Assembly: GCA_964437495.1 (NCBI GenBank)
Contig: CAYTGV010000004.1
Coordinates: forward strand, 40,413 to 104,412
Direction of reading: 5' to 3'
Length of the DNA: 64,000 nt
From: an uncultured Planctomycetia bacterium
Lineage (GTDB): Bacteria > Omnitrophota > Gorgyraeia > B26-G9
This document shows positions 10,055-19,662 of this stretch, piece by piece. Position numbers and translations under genes: made by a program. Under the pieces are notes generated by a model, which searched no databases, was not told where the DNA came from, and worked only from the letters and a program-made list of their open reading frames with translations. How positions within the stretch are numbered: position 1 is the stretch's first letter; each line of letters opens with the position of its first letter.

Positions 10055-10858
10055 ATGCCAAAATTCGATTTTAATTCGAAAACAAAAAGATATAATGCGA
10101 AAAATGCTTTGCTGTTAGCGGAAGCTTCACAACTAGCATATAAACCCATCCGAGAAGTGAAGGCGATAGTAAAGAGTAAATGGGGCTTCGAAGAATGCAT
10201 CTTTTTGGACAAGGAAGATACCCAAGCTTATATTATCGCTAACACTGAAGTGATTATATTAGCCTTTAGAGGGACTCAATGTATTCAGGATTGGTTGACA
10301 GATGCAGACGTGCGGCTAATTAAGGATGCCTGGGGGCAAGTGCATAAAGGATTTTCAACAGCGTTAGATTCTGTTTGGCGCGAGATTGAAAAAATTGTAT
10401 CTAAATATCAAAACAATGGCCAATCAATTTGGATTACAGGCCATAGCTTAGGGGCAGCACTGGCAGCGCTCGCGACTGCTAGGTTTTTGCAGAAAAACAG
10501 GGACATAAACGGACTGTATACTTTTGGCCAGCCTAGAGTAGGCAATGCTATATTTGCTAGAATCTTTAATTTAAGGTTTAAGCATCGAACCTTTCGTTTT
10601 GTTAATAATGAAGATATTGTAACCAGAGTTCCTCCTACCGCTTTGAAATATGCGCACATAGGCTCTGTGTATTATTTTAACAGTTTTGGAAAGCTGCACA
10701 GAGGAATTAAGTGGTGGAGAGTATTTATGGATAGTTCGATTAGTAAAATAGCGAGAACTATGGATCGCTATAATCTGTTAAGCGACCAATTTCCTAACGG
10801 GATTAAAGACCACGATATTGCAAGATATATAAAAAGAATTGAGAAAAATTTAACATGA
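10055..10858 (+). CDS. Lipase class 3 (alpha/beta-hydrolase, fungal-lipase-like)
   Basis: Nucleophile elbow ITGHSLGAALAALA with surrounding lipase_3 context; no signal peptide. The stop TGA overlaps the next ATG (ATGA). Confidence 0.7.
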   Translation: MPKFDFNSKTKRYNAKNALLLAEASQLAYKPIREVKAIVKSKWGFEECIFLDKEDTQAYIIANTEVIILAFRGTQCIQDWLTDADVRLIKDAWGQVHKGFSTALDSVWREIEKIVSKYQNNGQSIWITGHSLGAALAALATARFLQKNRDINGLYTFGQPRVGNAIFARIFNLRFKHRTFRFVNNEDIVTRVPPTALKYAHIGSVYYFNSFGKLHRGIKWWRVFMDSSISKIARTMDRYNLLSDQFPNGIKDHDIARYIKRIEKNLT

Positions 10859-12336
10859 AATATAATTTCGCGAGAATAGTTATTATAGTCTCTGCGTTGT
10901 TTTTAGTAACAGCAACAGCCTTCTGTTTTTCCGCGGATGTGCAGGATATAAGCGGCTCTAAATATTTCCCCGCCGTGCAAGAGGCTATTGCTAAATCCGA
11001 AAAATCAATAAACATGGCAATGTTTCTTATTGAACTTCCGCAGAGTGAAGCCAAGAATAAGACACAGCAATTAGTAAATGAACTGATCAAAGCGCATGAA
11101 AGAGGCGTGAAGGTCGAAGTTATTTTAGATCAGAATGTAGATTTTGTTAATCAAAGGCATGAAAGCGATTGGCTGGGAAAAGTAAGAAGTTTTCGCGCGT
11201 ACAAGCAGCTTAAAGAAGCTGGGGTAGAGGTGCAGTATGATGAAATATCTACATATACTCATGCCAAGGCAATAGTGATCGACGAGAAGATAGTTGTTTT
11301 AGGAAGCACTAACTGGACCCAAACATCATTACAACGAAGCATAGAGACTAACGTTCTAATAAATTCAGAAGAAGCGGCAAAAAGCTATTTAGAATATTTT
11401 AAGACAATTGAAATAGATGAAAGTATTGAAAAATACATTGAATTTTTAAAAAGCGGAATTGCAGTAAGTAATAAGTTTATGCAGTCAGCAAAGCTGGGTC
11501 CGGAAATGATGAAGCAACATGATGAGCGCAGTTTTGATATATATTTGTTTCTGCTAAAAGAAGCCAAAGCTAAAAACACAACAGAGCTGGTGCTAAATTA
11601 TGGGGCAATAGCGGAATATCTTGGTATCGACAAAAAGATGGATAAAATCGCCTATCGTAGGCAAATAACAAAGGTTTTGAGGAAGTTAGAAAAAAAGTAT
11701 AAATTGATTAAAGCTGATTTGCAGTACGCAAAAGACGCAAAGGTGAAACTACTTGATAGTAAAGTGGCTGCGAATAAGGTATTTCATCTACCAAAAGATT
11801 ATTTTAGTTTTGGATGGAACATGCAATTATCTATGCGGGCGAAGTTCTGTTATTTAATAAACTTTAGCGAAGCGAATATAAGCGATACCCAACCTTATTG
11901 GTCAAAGAGCGTGAGAGAAATCACCAAGACCTATGGCAATATAAGCAAGGATGTTATATCTAAAGGCATGGGTGAGTTGAGAAGAAGAAAGCTCATTGAG
12001 GTCATGTATGATGATTTAACGGATAAGGATTATAGAAAACGAAGCCCGAAGATGTATAAAGTTTTAAAAGTATATGATTCTGAAAAATTAGACCTTGATT
12101 TAGCGCGGGTAGCGGAACAATATGGAGACAAAGAATATCAAAAGGCACGGAAATACGCTGAAATAGTATTTGAAGAATACAATCCGCAGATAATAGAAGA
12201 TATAATTTTGAAAACAAAGCAATATGGGTCTAAGAAAGTCAAAGACGCGTTTGCAATTGTTGCGAAGAAGAACGTAGACAATCCGAAAAGAAAATATAGT
12301 TATGTTGTTGGGATATTGGAGAATTGGGGGGAGTGA
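10855..12336 (+). CDS. Phospholipase-D-family (single HKD motif, Nuc-like) protein with N-terminal signal peptide/TM and C-terminal wHTH-like domains
   Basis: HAKAIVIDEKIVVLGSTNWTQTS matches HxKx4Dx6GSxN. The hydrophobic N-terminus is IVIIVSALFLVTATAFCFSA. The C-terminal ~290 aa are rich in helix-turn-helix-like segments. Confidence 0.55.
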   Translation: MKYNFARIVIIVSALFLVTATAFCFSADVQDISGSKYFPAVQEAIAKSEKSINMAMFLIELPQSEAKNKTQQLVNELIKAHERGVKVEVILDQNVDFVNQRHESDWLGKVRSFRAYKQLKEAGVEVQYDEISTYTHAKAIVIDEKIVVLGSTNWTQTSLQRSIETNVLINSEEAAKSYLEYFKTIEIDESIEKYIEFLKSGIAVSNKFMQSAKLGPEMMKQHDERSFDIYLFLLKEAKAKNTTELVLNYGAIAEYLGIDKKMDKIAYRRQITKVLRKLEKKYKLIKADLQYAKDAKVKLLDSKVAANKVFHLPKDYFSFGWNMQLSMRAKFCYLINFSEANISDTQPYWSKSVREITKTYGNISKDVISKGMGELRRRKLIEVMYDDLTDKDYRKRSPKMYKVLKVYDSEKLDLDLARVAEQYGDKEYQKARKYAEIVFEEYNPQIIEDIILKTKQYGSKKVKDAFAIVAKKNVDNPKRKYSYVVGILENWGE

Positions 12337-12346
12337 ATAGATAAGT

Positions 12347-12979
12347 ATGACAATAATGATCGAAAATAAAAAATTTTTCGGTTTTGCAGATCACGACTAT
12401 AAGGAAATAGTAACGCTTTCTGTAGAAGGAAAAATTAAGTGGTTCGAGTATCGCTTTAATAAGATTATAATTCGGCCAATTGAAGATATTATGAAAATTG
12501 TAGCTAAAGAGCAAAAAAAACCTCAAGGAGCAAAACTTCTAGAAGATGAAGATGTTTCGATTTTTACAATTGTTGTTTTAGCTATTTGTGTGGGAATAGA
12601 TTTGCTTGGGGGATTTCTCGATGGGACCAAAGGGGATACTAATCGAAAAACCTTTAAGAATTTTGTGACTCAATTTTTAGATCCACAAAAAGAGTATTTA
12701 AAAACTCCCTATGAGGGGGCACACACATATGCAACATTTTTATATATGAAATTCCGTTGTGGCTTAGCCCATAATCTTACAATAAAAGAAGTAGGTTTTA
12801 CATATGGAGAAAAATATTTTGTCAAAGGCGATGGTTTTTATTATGTAAGTGTTGATAGATTGTTTAAAGATTTAAAGCGGGGGTTGGAGCAGTATTTATC
12901 TGAACTTTCCCGGAATAAATCTAATTTAAAAAGAAATTTTAATGATCGTTTTGAGCATATTTTTATCAGGAAGAAATAA
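12347..12979 (+). CDS. Hypothetical protein (210 aa)
   Basis: Lies 10 nt downstream of the PLD-like gene; no recognisable motif. Confidence 0.4.
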   Translation: MTIMIENKKFFGFADHDYKEIVTLSVEGKIKWFEYRFNKIIIRPIEDIMKIVAKEQKKPQGAKLLEDEDVSIFTIVVLAICVGIDLLGGFLDGTKGDTNRKTFKNFVTQFLDPQKEYLKTPYEGAHTYATFLYMKFRCGLAHNLTIKEVGFTYGEKYFVKGDGFYYVSVDRLFKDLKRGLEQYLSELSRNKSNLKRNFNDRFEHIFIRKK

Positions 12980-13035
12980 AAATAATTGTAACGGAAGGTT
13001 ATTATTCTAAAAAGTTGTGCAAATAAGGATAATAT

Positions 13036-14358
13036 ATGAATCACTTAAGAGAGCTTAAAAAATATTTCAAGGGGATTCTTCTTGTTAAGAAGAATAAGAC
13101 GCAGGAATTATCTCCACTTGCAGGGATTATGATAAGGGAAATTCCCCAAGAATTTCGCGATAAGGCAATAGAACATTACAAGGCTTCATTTTTAACTTTA
13201 GATGGAAAGGAATTAAACGGGTTCAAGTCAATATTGAAAAAACTGCGCAAGGATATAGCTACAGAATACCTAAAAGATAAAGAACTAGAAAAAAAAGTAT
13301 GGTTTTTGTTTTGTGATATATTTATTAACAAAGACAAGTATGATTGTAAGGAGGTTTTTGAAAAGAGACTAAAAGATTTTCTTACGGAGATATGTAAACC
13401 GTTAAAAAGCTATGAGATATCATTTTGTATAATTCATCTTCAGTTAAATTCCCCTATATCAATTTGGGGGACTGAAATAAAAAAATTATTAGAGGATGAT
13501 TTTAAAAACATAAAAATAAATCCAAAAGATCTCATGGGAGCCAAAGTTGTTAGCGAGTTTAAGGGAAAGGCAGTGATTCAAATACCAATGTCAGGTAATA
13601 ATGAGAATTTAGCAATTGAAAGGGCGAGAGAAAGAGCGGAATTAGTTTTAAAAGCAGTTCAGACTTATCTTAGTGATCATATGAGTATTCGTGACGAAAA
13701 TTTATTATTTAAAATTTCTGAATTTGCATTGATTAGAGATATTCAAACACAAAAATGGAGTTGGAATTGGAAAGCTAAGAGAAAGCCGTATGGGCTAAAA
13801 ATCGGCGGGACAGACAGAGATTTTATTGATAAAGCTGAAAGCCATTACAAGATAGCAAAGCAATGCGATAAAAAACTACTTTCCATATATGAAAGGGCTG
13901 TATATTGGACAGCTCGTTCAATAGAGGAAGAAGACTTGGATACTAAGATAATTTATTTATGTATAGCACTAGAAGCTTTACTGGCAAGTAAGGATGATAA
14001 GAGAAAAGGGGAAGTGATTGCTTATCGTATGGTTCTGATAAATCATTTAATTGATGGCAATTTTCCAGATCCTTTTAAAATAATGTGGTTTTATGAGATA
14101 AGATCTAAAGTGGTTCATGGGGCGACTTTGTTTGGGGCTACTAATTCAGACTGTTTAACTTTACAATATATGGTTAGAAAAACATTATTTAATTTCGTTG
14201 CTTTGACAGAAAAATACAAGGTGAAAATGTATAAGAAATTTATAAAAGCAGTAGAAACTCCTGAAAATTTAAATCTGATATGCAATCATTTTAAACTTTT
14301 TAAAGGGAAATGGCCTGACTCAATAATAGAAATATTAGAAGAGAAATTGAAAAAGTAG
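13036..14358 (+). CDS. HEPN-like (Rx4HG) domain protein, putative abortive-infection-type RNase
   Basis: The C-terminal helical domain contains EIRSKVVHGATL (R-x4-H-G) preceded by AVYWTARSIEE...IALEALLAS, a pattern typical of HEPN/Abi/Apea-like families. The N-terminal 280 aa are unknown. Confidence 0.35.
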   Translation: MNHLRELKKYFKGILLVKKNKTQELSPLAGIMIREIPQEFRDKAIEHYKASFLTLDGKELNGFKSILKKLRKDIATEYLKDKELEKKVWFLFCDIFINKDKYDCKEVFEKRLKDFLTEICKPLKSYEISFCIIHLQLNSPISIWGTEIKKLLEDDFKNIKINPKDLMGAKVVSEFKGKAVIQIPMSGNNENLAIERARERAELVLKAVQTYLSDHMSIRDENLLFKISEFALIRDIQTQKWSWNWKAKRKPYGLKIGGTDRDFIDKAESHYKIAKQCDKKLLSIYERAVYWTARSIEEEDLDTKIIYLCIALEALLASKDDKRKGEVIAYRMVLINHLIDGNFPDPFKIMWFYEIRSKVVHGATLFGATNSDCLTLQYMVRKTLFNFVALTEKYKVKMYKKFIKAVETPENLNLICNHFKLFKGKWPDSIIEILEEKLKK

Positions 14359-14389
14359 TTAAAAATAACTTAGTGCTGACAATGCTATT

Positions 14390-14990
14390 ATATTCGTCAA
14401 GCAACACGAATCCGTGAAAACGGACAAAAGTCTTTCGCCAAAGGCGAATGTCTTTTGGTGTTGCGGCTGTTCTGGCTTTCAGAAAGAAAGACAGAAGAGT
14501 GATGAATATATCCCAAGTGAAGCGGTGAGCAGTGCTGAAGGCGACTGATCTCGGGGAGACAGCTGCCAAAAGCGCGCGAGCCGCGTGTTGCAGTAAAGAT
14601 GAGGCTGAACCTTGGCGGTTCGGGAAGAGGGAACTTCTTTAGTGAGCCAAGGTGCGTACGAGTCCGAGCATAAAGACCAGGTAAACAAAAAAACTAAAAA
14701 AATGGCGGCGGCGTTTCAAAAAAAATGAAAAATTAAGGGCTGTTGCTCGGGCGAGGACGCGGGGACCCCTCTTCGGGGGACCACAGCCTCATCGTAGTAG
14801 CGAATTACTCCCAGGCGAGCGGCCAAGCGAGCTGTGCAGTGAGCCGAAGCCCAAGCTTAGGCGAACGGTCGAACTAATCACCCAAGCAGCCCCGTATCCG
14901 AGCGACAGCGAGTGGGGCGGTGCATTGATCAAAGATTCTTTTTCTTATTTCCGTGAATTGTATTAGGTAGAATAATTGAAATACAGTTTG
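14390..14990. other. GC-rich non-coding block (candidate structured RNA or foreign DNA remnant)
   Basis: ~600 nt with no long ORF, much more GC-rich than the flanks. It contains a UUCG-type hairpin CCCTCTTCGGGGG near 14768-14780 and ends with GGAGCCAAAAAT plus a terminator. Confidence 0.2.
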
Positions 14991-15000
14991 AGTTCAAGCT

Positions 15001-15060
15001 GGAAGCGGAGCCAAAAATTTTAACCCCTTGCAATTATTTAAGTTGCAAGGGGTTTTTATT
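15001..15060 (+). repeat. Intergenic repeat family copy 1 (motif B GGAGCCAAAAAT + TTGCAA-palindrome terminator)
   Basis: GGAAGCGGAGCCAAAAATTTTAACCCCTTGCAATTATTTAAGTTGCAAGGGGTTTTT. It is ~85% identical over ~60 nt to the copy at 17069-17138. Confidence 0.6.
15024..15058 (+). terminator. Rho-independent terminator (10-bp stem CCCCTTGCAA/TTGCAAGGGG + T-run)
   Basis: Perfect inverted repeat followed by TTTTT. Confidence 0.6.
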
Positions 15061-15101
15061 TAATATAGAATGAAAATGGTAAATAAAAAAAAGGAGGCAA
15101 T

Positions 15102-15932
15102 ATGAATATGGTTAGAAGAGCACAAATAAAGAAATGGAGCACTATTATTTTGTGCAGTTTACTGCTTATCATGATGATTTCTCTTGAAGCGTGTACTCAA
15201 GAAAAACCTCAGCCCTCTTCCCAAATTTTTTCTTCATCCGGCCCTCGCTTAATGTATCTCCACAGGAGTGCTAATTACAAAATTGCTGTTTTTAATGTTG
15301 AAAAAGAGTCCAAAAAAGCAGGAAAAGTGACTACTACAATAACTCAAGAATTTGAATTTATCAGCGCCGGTCTCAATGGAGTATTTACTCCTGCTGGAGA
15401 AAATACCTTAGCTTCCGTTGTTTGGCAACTTGGTGATGTTGCTCCTGGAGGTAAAGTTGAGATAGAGCTGAAACTAAGAGGCAAGGCAAGAGGGCGGGCA
15501 CGCATAGATTCTAAGCTTACTTTTTCCGAAGCAACACTGCGCACGGCCACTTTAGAAACCAAGATAATTGGAGTGCCTGCCATGCATATTTCATCATATG
15601 ATACGGAAGACCCGGTAGAAATAGGCAAGCAGACAATATATGTAATTGAAGCCCAGAACGAAGGAACTTCTCCATGCACCAATGTAACACTGGAAAGTAA
15701 AATTCCAAAGGAAATGGAATTTGTTTCAGCCGAAGGGCCTGAAGATTTTAAACATAATGCAGGTTTGATTCACTTTGAACCGTTTCCTATTCTCCACCCC
15801 GGGGAGAAACTAACTTATAAAGTGGTTTGCAAGGCTCTTAAGGCAGGTTCTGCTAAACACACAGCTACTCTTACTTTTGACCAGTTTGAACAGCCTCTCA
15901 TTGATGAGGAAGGGACAAGTTGTTATGAATAA
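15102..15932 (+). CDS. Secreted hypothetical protein (276 aa) with signal peptide
   Basis: N-terminal KKWSTIILCSLLLIMMISLEACTQE; beta-rich. Confidence 0.5.
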   Translation: MNMVRRAQIKKWSTIILCSLLLIMMISLEACTQEKPQPSSQIFSSSGPRLMYLHRSANYKIAVFNVEKESKKAGKVTTTITQEFEFISAGLNGVFTPAGENTLASVVWQLGDVAPGGKVEIELKLRGKARGRARIDSKLTFSEATLRTATLETKIIGVPAMHISSYDTEDPVEIGKQTIYVIEAQNEGTSPCTNVTLESKIPKEMEFVSAEGPEDFKHNAGLIHFEPFPILHPGEKLTYKVVCKALKAGSAKHTATLTFDQFEQPLIDEEGTSCYE

Positions 15933-15949
15933 TAATATAAGGAATAACC

Positions 15950-16633
15950 ATGCGGTGTTTTAGAAGACGAATAATGAAGCGTATTGGGTTGACAATTCTA
16001 CTCAGTTTTTCAACCGTTGCTTATTCTCCCATCCAACTTGCGGCACAAGAGGAGAAGCGAATTGAGGTGTTCCCCAAAAATGCAAAGATTAGGGTCGGAC
16101 AGACATCCATGTTCAGTGCTACAGGTTATGGCCGTGACAATCAACCCGTTCCCCTTTCGCCAGTATGGCACGTAACGGGAGGCGGGACAATCGACAAATC
16201 TGGAATGTTTCGAGCTACAAGTAAAGGCATCTGTACCATCACAGCTAAAGATCCCACTTCCAAACATTTCGGAATCGCCAAGGTGGTTATTGTCGAAGGG
16301 AGACAATCCTCTGGTCAGACCAAGGAAGACGTTGTTTTAACCGGGCCAGGACGCATCAATGTGACAAAATGGGATATTGGAAGAGGCAACATGTTTAAGC
16401 CAAAAGGCTCTTTCGTGGCTCAGGTTTTCGGGGAAAATGTGGCTGAAATCAAACTTTACGGTATTGAGGCCTCTGGCAAATTACAAGAAATACAAGCATT
16501 TTCTTGCAAAGATGAGTCGATGGTTACTTTTAATTTCAAATATGACCGTTTTGGCACCAAGTACTTTGAGCTTATATTGTATGATAATAGCGGAGAGGTA
16601 ATTGCAAGGGACAAAAGAGAAAACCTGGAATAG
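15950..16633 (+). CDS. Secreted protein with bacterial Ig-like (Big_2-like) domain
   Basis: Signal peptide MKRIGLTILLSFSTVAYS; segment VTGGGTIDKSGMFRATSKGICTITAKD is a typical Big_2 motif. Confidence 0.45.
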   Translation: MRCFRRRIMKRIGLTILLSFSTVAYSPIQLAAQEEKRIEVFPKNAKIRVGQTSMFSATGYGRDNQPVPLSPVWHVTGGGTIDKSGMFRATSKGICTITAKDPTSKHFGIAKVVIVEGRQSSGQTKEDVVLTGPGRINVTKWDIGRGNMFKPKGSFVAQVFGENVAEIKLYGIEASGKLQEIQAFSCKDESMVTFNFKYDRFGTKYFELILYDNSGEVIARDKRENLE

Positions 16634-16702
16634 GAGTAATTGTGTTCCCGTCACAAAAGAACATCCTCAAGGTGCAATAAAGGATTTCCTTGCCTTTTTA
16701 AA

Positions 16703-16744
16703 CTTAACCAGTTGCGAAACTCGTCTAATACGGGGAGCCAAAAT
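16703..16744 (+). repeat. Intergenic repeat family copy 2 (motif A+B)
   Basis: CTTAACCAGTTGCGAAACTCGTCTAATACGGGGAGCCAAAAT. Confidence 0.65.
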
Positions 16745-16750
16745 ATAAAA

Positions 16751-16785
16751 CCTTTCACAGAAATGTGAGGGGTTTTTTATTTTTG
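16751..16785 (+). terminator. Rho-independent terminator
   Basis: CCTTTCACA-GAAA-TGTGAGGGG followed by TTTTTTATTTTT. Confidence 0.5.
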
Positions 16786-16789
16786 TTTG

Positions 16790-17068
16790 GCCCAACGCGA
16801 GATAAAAGGGTTTTTAAGGGAAAGATTGTTTCCCTTATCGGCGTATTTGGACTTCATGCGGAAGGAAAGGGAACAGCGACCAGAGGGAGCGTTAGGGGGA
16901 AAACATAAGGGTTTTCCCCTAAAGCGGCTATCTGAGTACTGCCCTGTTCTCCCAGGGCAAACGGAAGATAGAGAGCGACCCTCGCGCGGGGAGCCATTCC
17001 TTTATGTAATGATTCCAACTAGTAAGCAATAAAGGTTAGCGGAAGGTGCGAACGACAGGTTCGGCAAA
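16790..17068. other. Second GC-rich non-coding block
   Basis: The track ORF 16787-17032 (81 aa) is low-complexity and probably spurious. The region ends in GCGAAAGTCCTCTCGGGGGAGCC, a motif-A/B-like sequence. Confidence 0.2.
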
Positions 17069-17138
17069 GCGAAAGTCCTCTCGGGGGAGCCAAATATTTC
17101 TAACCATTTGCAATTAAATAAGTTGCAAGGGTCTTTTT
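17069..17138 (+). repeat. Intergenic repeat family copy 3 (variant motif + TTGCAA-palindrome terminator)
   Basis: GCGAAAGTCCTCTCGGGGGAGCCAAATATTTCTAACCATTTGCAATTAAATAAGTTGCAAGGGTCTTTTT; homologous to copy 1. Confidence 0.55.
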
Positions 17139-17165
17139 GCAAAACAAGCTAGAATAGGGTATACT
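17137..17165 (+). promoter_or_regulatory. Promoter TTGCAA-N17-TATACT for the secreted-protein gene at 17212
   Basis: TTGCAA at 17137-17142 and TATACT at 17160-17165, with TATACTTTA context shared with the promoters at 33078 and 42015. Confidence 0.4.
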
Positions 17166-17211
17166 TTATAGTCATTTTAGATCCAAACACTTTTTATAAT
17201 GGTAGGAAACC

Positions 17212-18495
17212 GTGAAAAATTCAATTTTTATAAAAAAGCTGGTGTCGCAAATAGCAATATTGTGTGTTTTATTCGCATCGTTTCCAGTGGATACGTTGCT
17301 TTGCATAGAGACTAATAATCTTAAATATACGTTATTTGATACATTAGCTCCGCGGCTATCCATCAAAAAAGAAGGATTAACGAAGAGGGCAATTTGGGGC
17401 AAGAGCGGAGAGCTGATTTTTGATTATAAAGAGGGGGCTCCCTTCGCTTTAGAAAATAAAGGGCAGCAGATTAAAATTATTGACGATGGTGGCAGGTATA
17501 AATATTTCAACCCCGCACTGCTGCAGAATGGTATTTTACTTGCGCGGCGTATTTCTGTAGATTTTGATGCCAGCAAATCACATTCTTCAGATATTGTGAG
17601 GCTATACCCACAAGATAAAGAAGGATTGGAATTTAAAGCAGAAACAGATAAAGTGCTGGTTGCTAACGCAGAAGACCCCAGAATAATGTTTGTTGGCGGC
17701 AGATTGGCAATGACATTTGTAAGGCCAAGCATGGGAGGCACTGCTTGGAATAGTTTTTTTGTATTTATTGATGAATCTGGGAATTTAAAATCAGAACCAG
17801 TTAAGATAGGCAGGGCGGGTGTGAGCATTAAGAACACTTACCTTATTGAACTTAATGGCGATAGGATAGCATTAATTGACCGCGCTAATGTGCCGAATCA
17901 GCAACCTGCGATTCAAGCATATTTTTTTGATAATTTAGACGCTGCTTTGTCTGCTTCAGAAGGGTATTGGCAACAACACTCTATTGAGCATGCGACAATA
18001 TTAAAAGCCGCAAAAGGATGGGATCATGTGGGATTTAATACCATTGCCGCAAGAGTAAAAAGCAGGGGAAAGGATTGTCTGATGGCATTAGTGCATTATG
18101 CGAAGATTCAAGATAATGCAAACAAGATTTATCAAACCGCCGTGGTGCTGCTGGATGAAGATACATTACAGCCATTAGGCAAGCCGGAGAGTATTCATAG
18201 TATTGATCCCCAAGTATCTTTAGGAGATGTGAAAGGGGTGGTATATGAAATAGGCGCATTGGTCTATGGCGACAAGCTGGTTTCTTATGCAGGATTTAAT
18301 GATAGCCATATAATCCGTTATAAAGAATCAATAAAAAAACTTACTGCTTGGTTTTGGGAAGCGCAGGCTGCTTATGGCAGTGATAAGGAAGTAAAAGCAG
18401 GTTCTATCCCCGCGAATGAAGTGTTATTGCAAAGATTACAACAAATTTTAAATAACAAACAAGATGTTGATTCCTTCATTTTGTCATCTGTATGA
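17212..18495 (+). CDS. Secreted hypothetical protein (427 aa)
   Basis: Signal peptide KKLVSQIAILCVLFASFPVDT; no family I recognise. Confidence 0.5.
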   Translation: MKNSIFIKKLVSQIAILCVLFASFPVDTLLCIETNNLKYTLFDTLAPRLSIKKEGLTKRAIWGKSGELIFDYKEGAPFALENKGQQIKIIDDGGRYKYFNPALLQNGILLARRISVDFDASKSHSSDIVRLYPQDKEGLEFKAETDKVLVANAEDPRIMFVGGRLAMTFVRPSMGGTAWNSFFVFIDESGNLKSEPVKIGRAGVSIKNTYLIELNGDRIALIDRANVPNQQPAIQAYFFDNLDAALSASEGYWQQHSIEHATILKAAKGWDHVGFNTIAARVKSRGKDCLMALVHYAKIQDNANKIYQTAVVLLDEDTLQPLGKPESIHSIDPQVSLGDVKGVVYEIGALVYGDKLVSYAGFNDSHIIRYKESIKKLTAWFWEAQAAYGSDKEVKAGSIPANEVLLQRLQQILNNKQDVDSFILSSV

Positions 18496-18506
18496 CATCT
18501 TTTGTG

Positions 18507-18549
18507 CTTAACCAGTTGCGAAACTCGTCCAATACGGGGAGCCAATAAT
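18507..18549 (+). repeat. Intergenic repeat family copy 4 (motif A+B)
   Basis: CTTAACCAGTTGCGAAACTCGTCCAATACGGGGAGCCAATAAT; 39 of 40 nt identical to copy 2. Confidence 0.65.
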
Positions 18550-18589
18550 TTGTAACAACTTGCAAGTAAAGGAATTACAGCAACAAAGA

Positions 18590-18616
18590 CCCAGTTGACC
18601 TAGCTGGGTTTTTTTG
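18590..18616 (+). terminator. Rho-independent terminator
   Basis: CCCAG-TTGACCTAG-CTGGG followed by TTTTTTT. Confidence 0.45.
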
Positions 18617-19179
18617 TATCTATTAATGTTTAAAAGGGTTAGGCGATGACTGTTTTCATTTAGCATTCTAGGAGAAGTATCTCTGTTTTTGATATTTAAA
18701 GCAAGCTGTGAATTATGCTGATTAATTATGCTGATTAATGGGACAGTTTATCTCTAATATGCCTTTTAGCTAACACTTTCTAGTTAATTCATGATTTCGC
18801 GATTATTTCAAGAATAAGAAGAAAGTAATTTTTGAAATAAATACATTAACTGGAATTTTCAGCTTATATTATCTCTGTTTAACCTCACTTTATTCCTAAG
18901 ATTATTGACAAGTATCTGATACAAGAATAGAATGAAAATATAAAAATTGCCAACGTTATGTCGTTAACTTAAATAGAAAAGAAAAATAATCATGACCATG
19001 AAAACTTTTTTTGCTAAAATATAGCTGTTAATTCTTGGTTTATTAATAAAAAGAGAAAAAAATTATGATACTTGTATGTCCATTAATGAAGGAATACAAA
19101 CTTATAGAACGGATAATAAGAATAATGGAAGTAAATCTAGAGAATATTAGGAAAGACGCTAAGGTTGTAACATTCTAAC

Positions 19180-19662
19180 ATGAAAGTAGAAATCAGATTA
19201 AAACCCATAGGAATAATTCATACTCCTTATAAAGAGTCCAAAGGTATGTCGATTCAGGGCAAGTTTGAAAAAGGCGTTATTGGCCAAGCTGAGTTATTTC
19301 CAGAGTATCAAGATGGTCTTAAAGATATCAAAGGTTTTTCACATATTATCCTAATCTACTATTTTGATAGGTCTAAAGATGAAAAGCTTATAAGTAGGCC
19401 ATTTCTTGAAAATGAAACCCATGGGATTTTCGCGATAAGAAGCCCCCATAGACCGAATCACATCGGAATTTCTATTGTGAAGCTTGAGAGAGTTGAGAAT
19501 AATATTATTACTTTTTCAGAGGTGGACATTTTAAACGGAACACCGTTGTTAGATATTAAACCTTATGTTGCCCATTTTGATTCAAGAGAAAATGTGAAAA
19601 ATGGCTGGCTTGAAAACCATTTCAAAAACGGGAAAATACCAAAACGGACAAAATTGGAATAA
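19180..19662 (+). CDS. trmO: tRNA (adenine37-N6)-methyltransferase TrmO/TsaA (YaeB family)
   Basis: KPIGIIHTPY...GFSHIILIYYFD...GIFAIRSPHRPNHIGISIVKL...DILNGTPLLDIKPY matches TsaA/YaeB conserved blocks. Confidence 0.75.
   Translation: MKVEIRLKPIGIIHTPYKESKGMSIQGKFEKGVIGQAELFPEYQDGLKDIKGFSHIILIYYFDRSKDEKLISRPFLENETHGIFAIRSPHRPNHIGISIVKLERVENNIITFSEVDILNGTPLLDIKPYVAHFDSRENVKNGWLENHFKNGKIPKRTKLE

Noticed and set aside
14300-14688. Minus-strand ORFs 14300-14569 and 14479-14688 in the GC-rich block
   Set aside because: They are short and low-complexity, overlap each other, and lack an RBS. The block is better interpreted as non-coding.
16703-16744. Intergenic repeat core as a hammerhead ribozyme (CGAAAC), a tRNA-like 3' end (GGGGAGCCA) or a sigma-54 promoter (TTGC)
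   Set aside because: There is no CUGAUGA box for a hammerhead. No T-arm or acceptor pairing precedes GAGCCA. No GG lies 10 nt upstream of TTGC, and there is no fixed spacing to downstream starts. It is kept only as an uncharacterised repeat.
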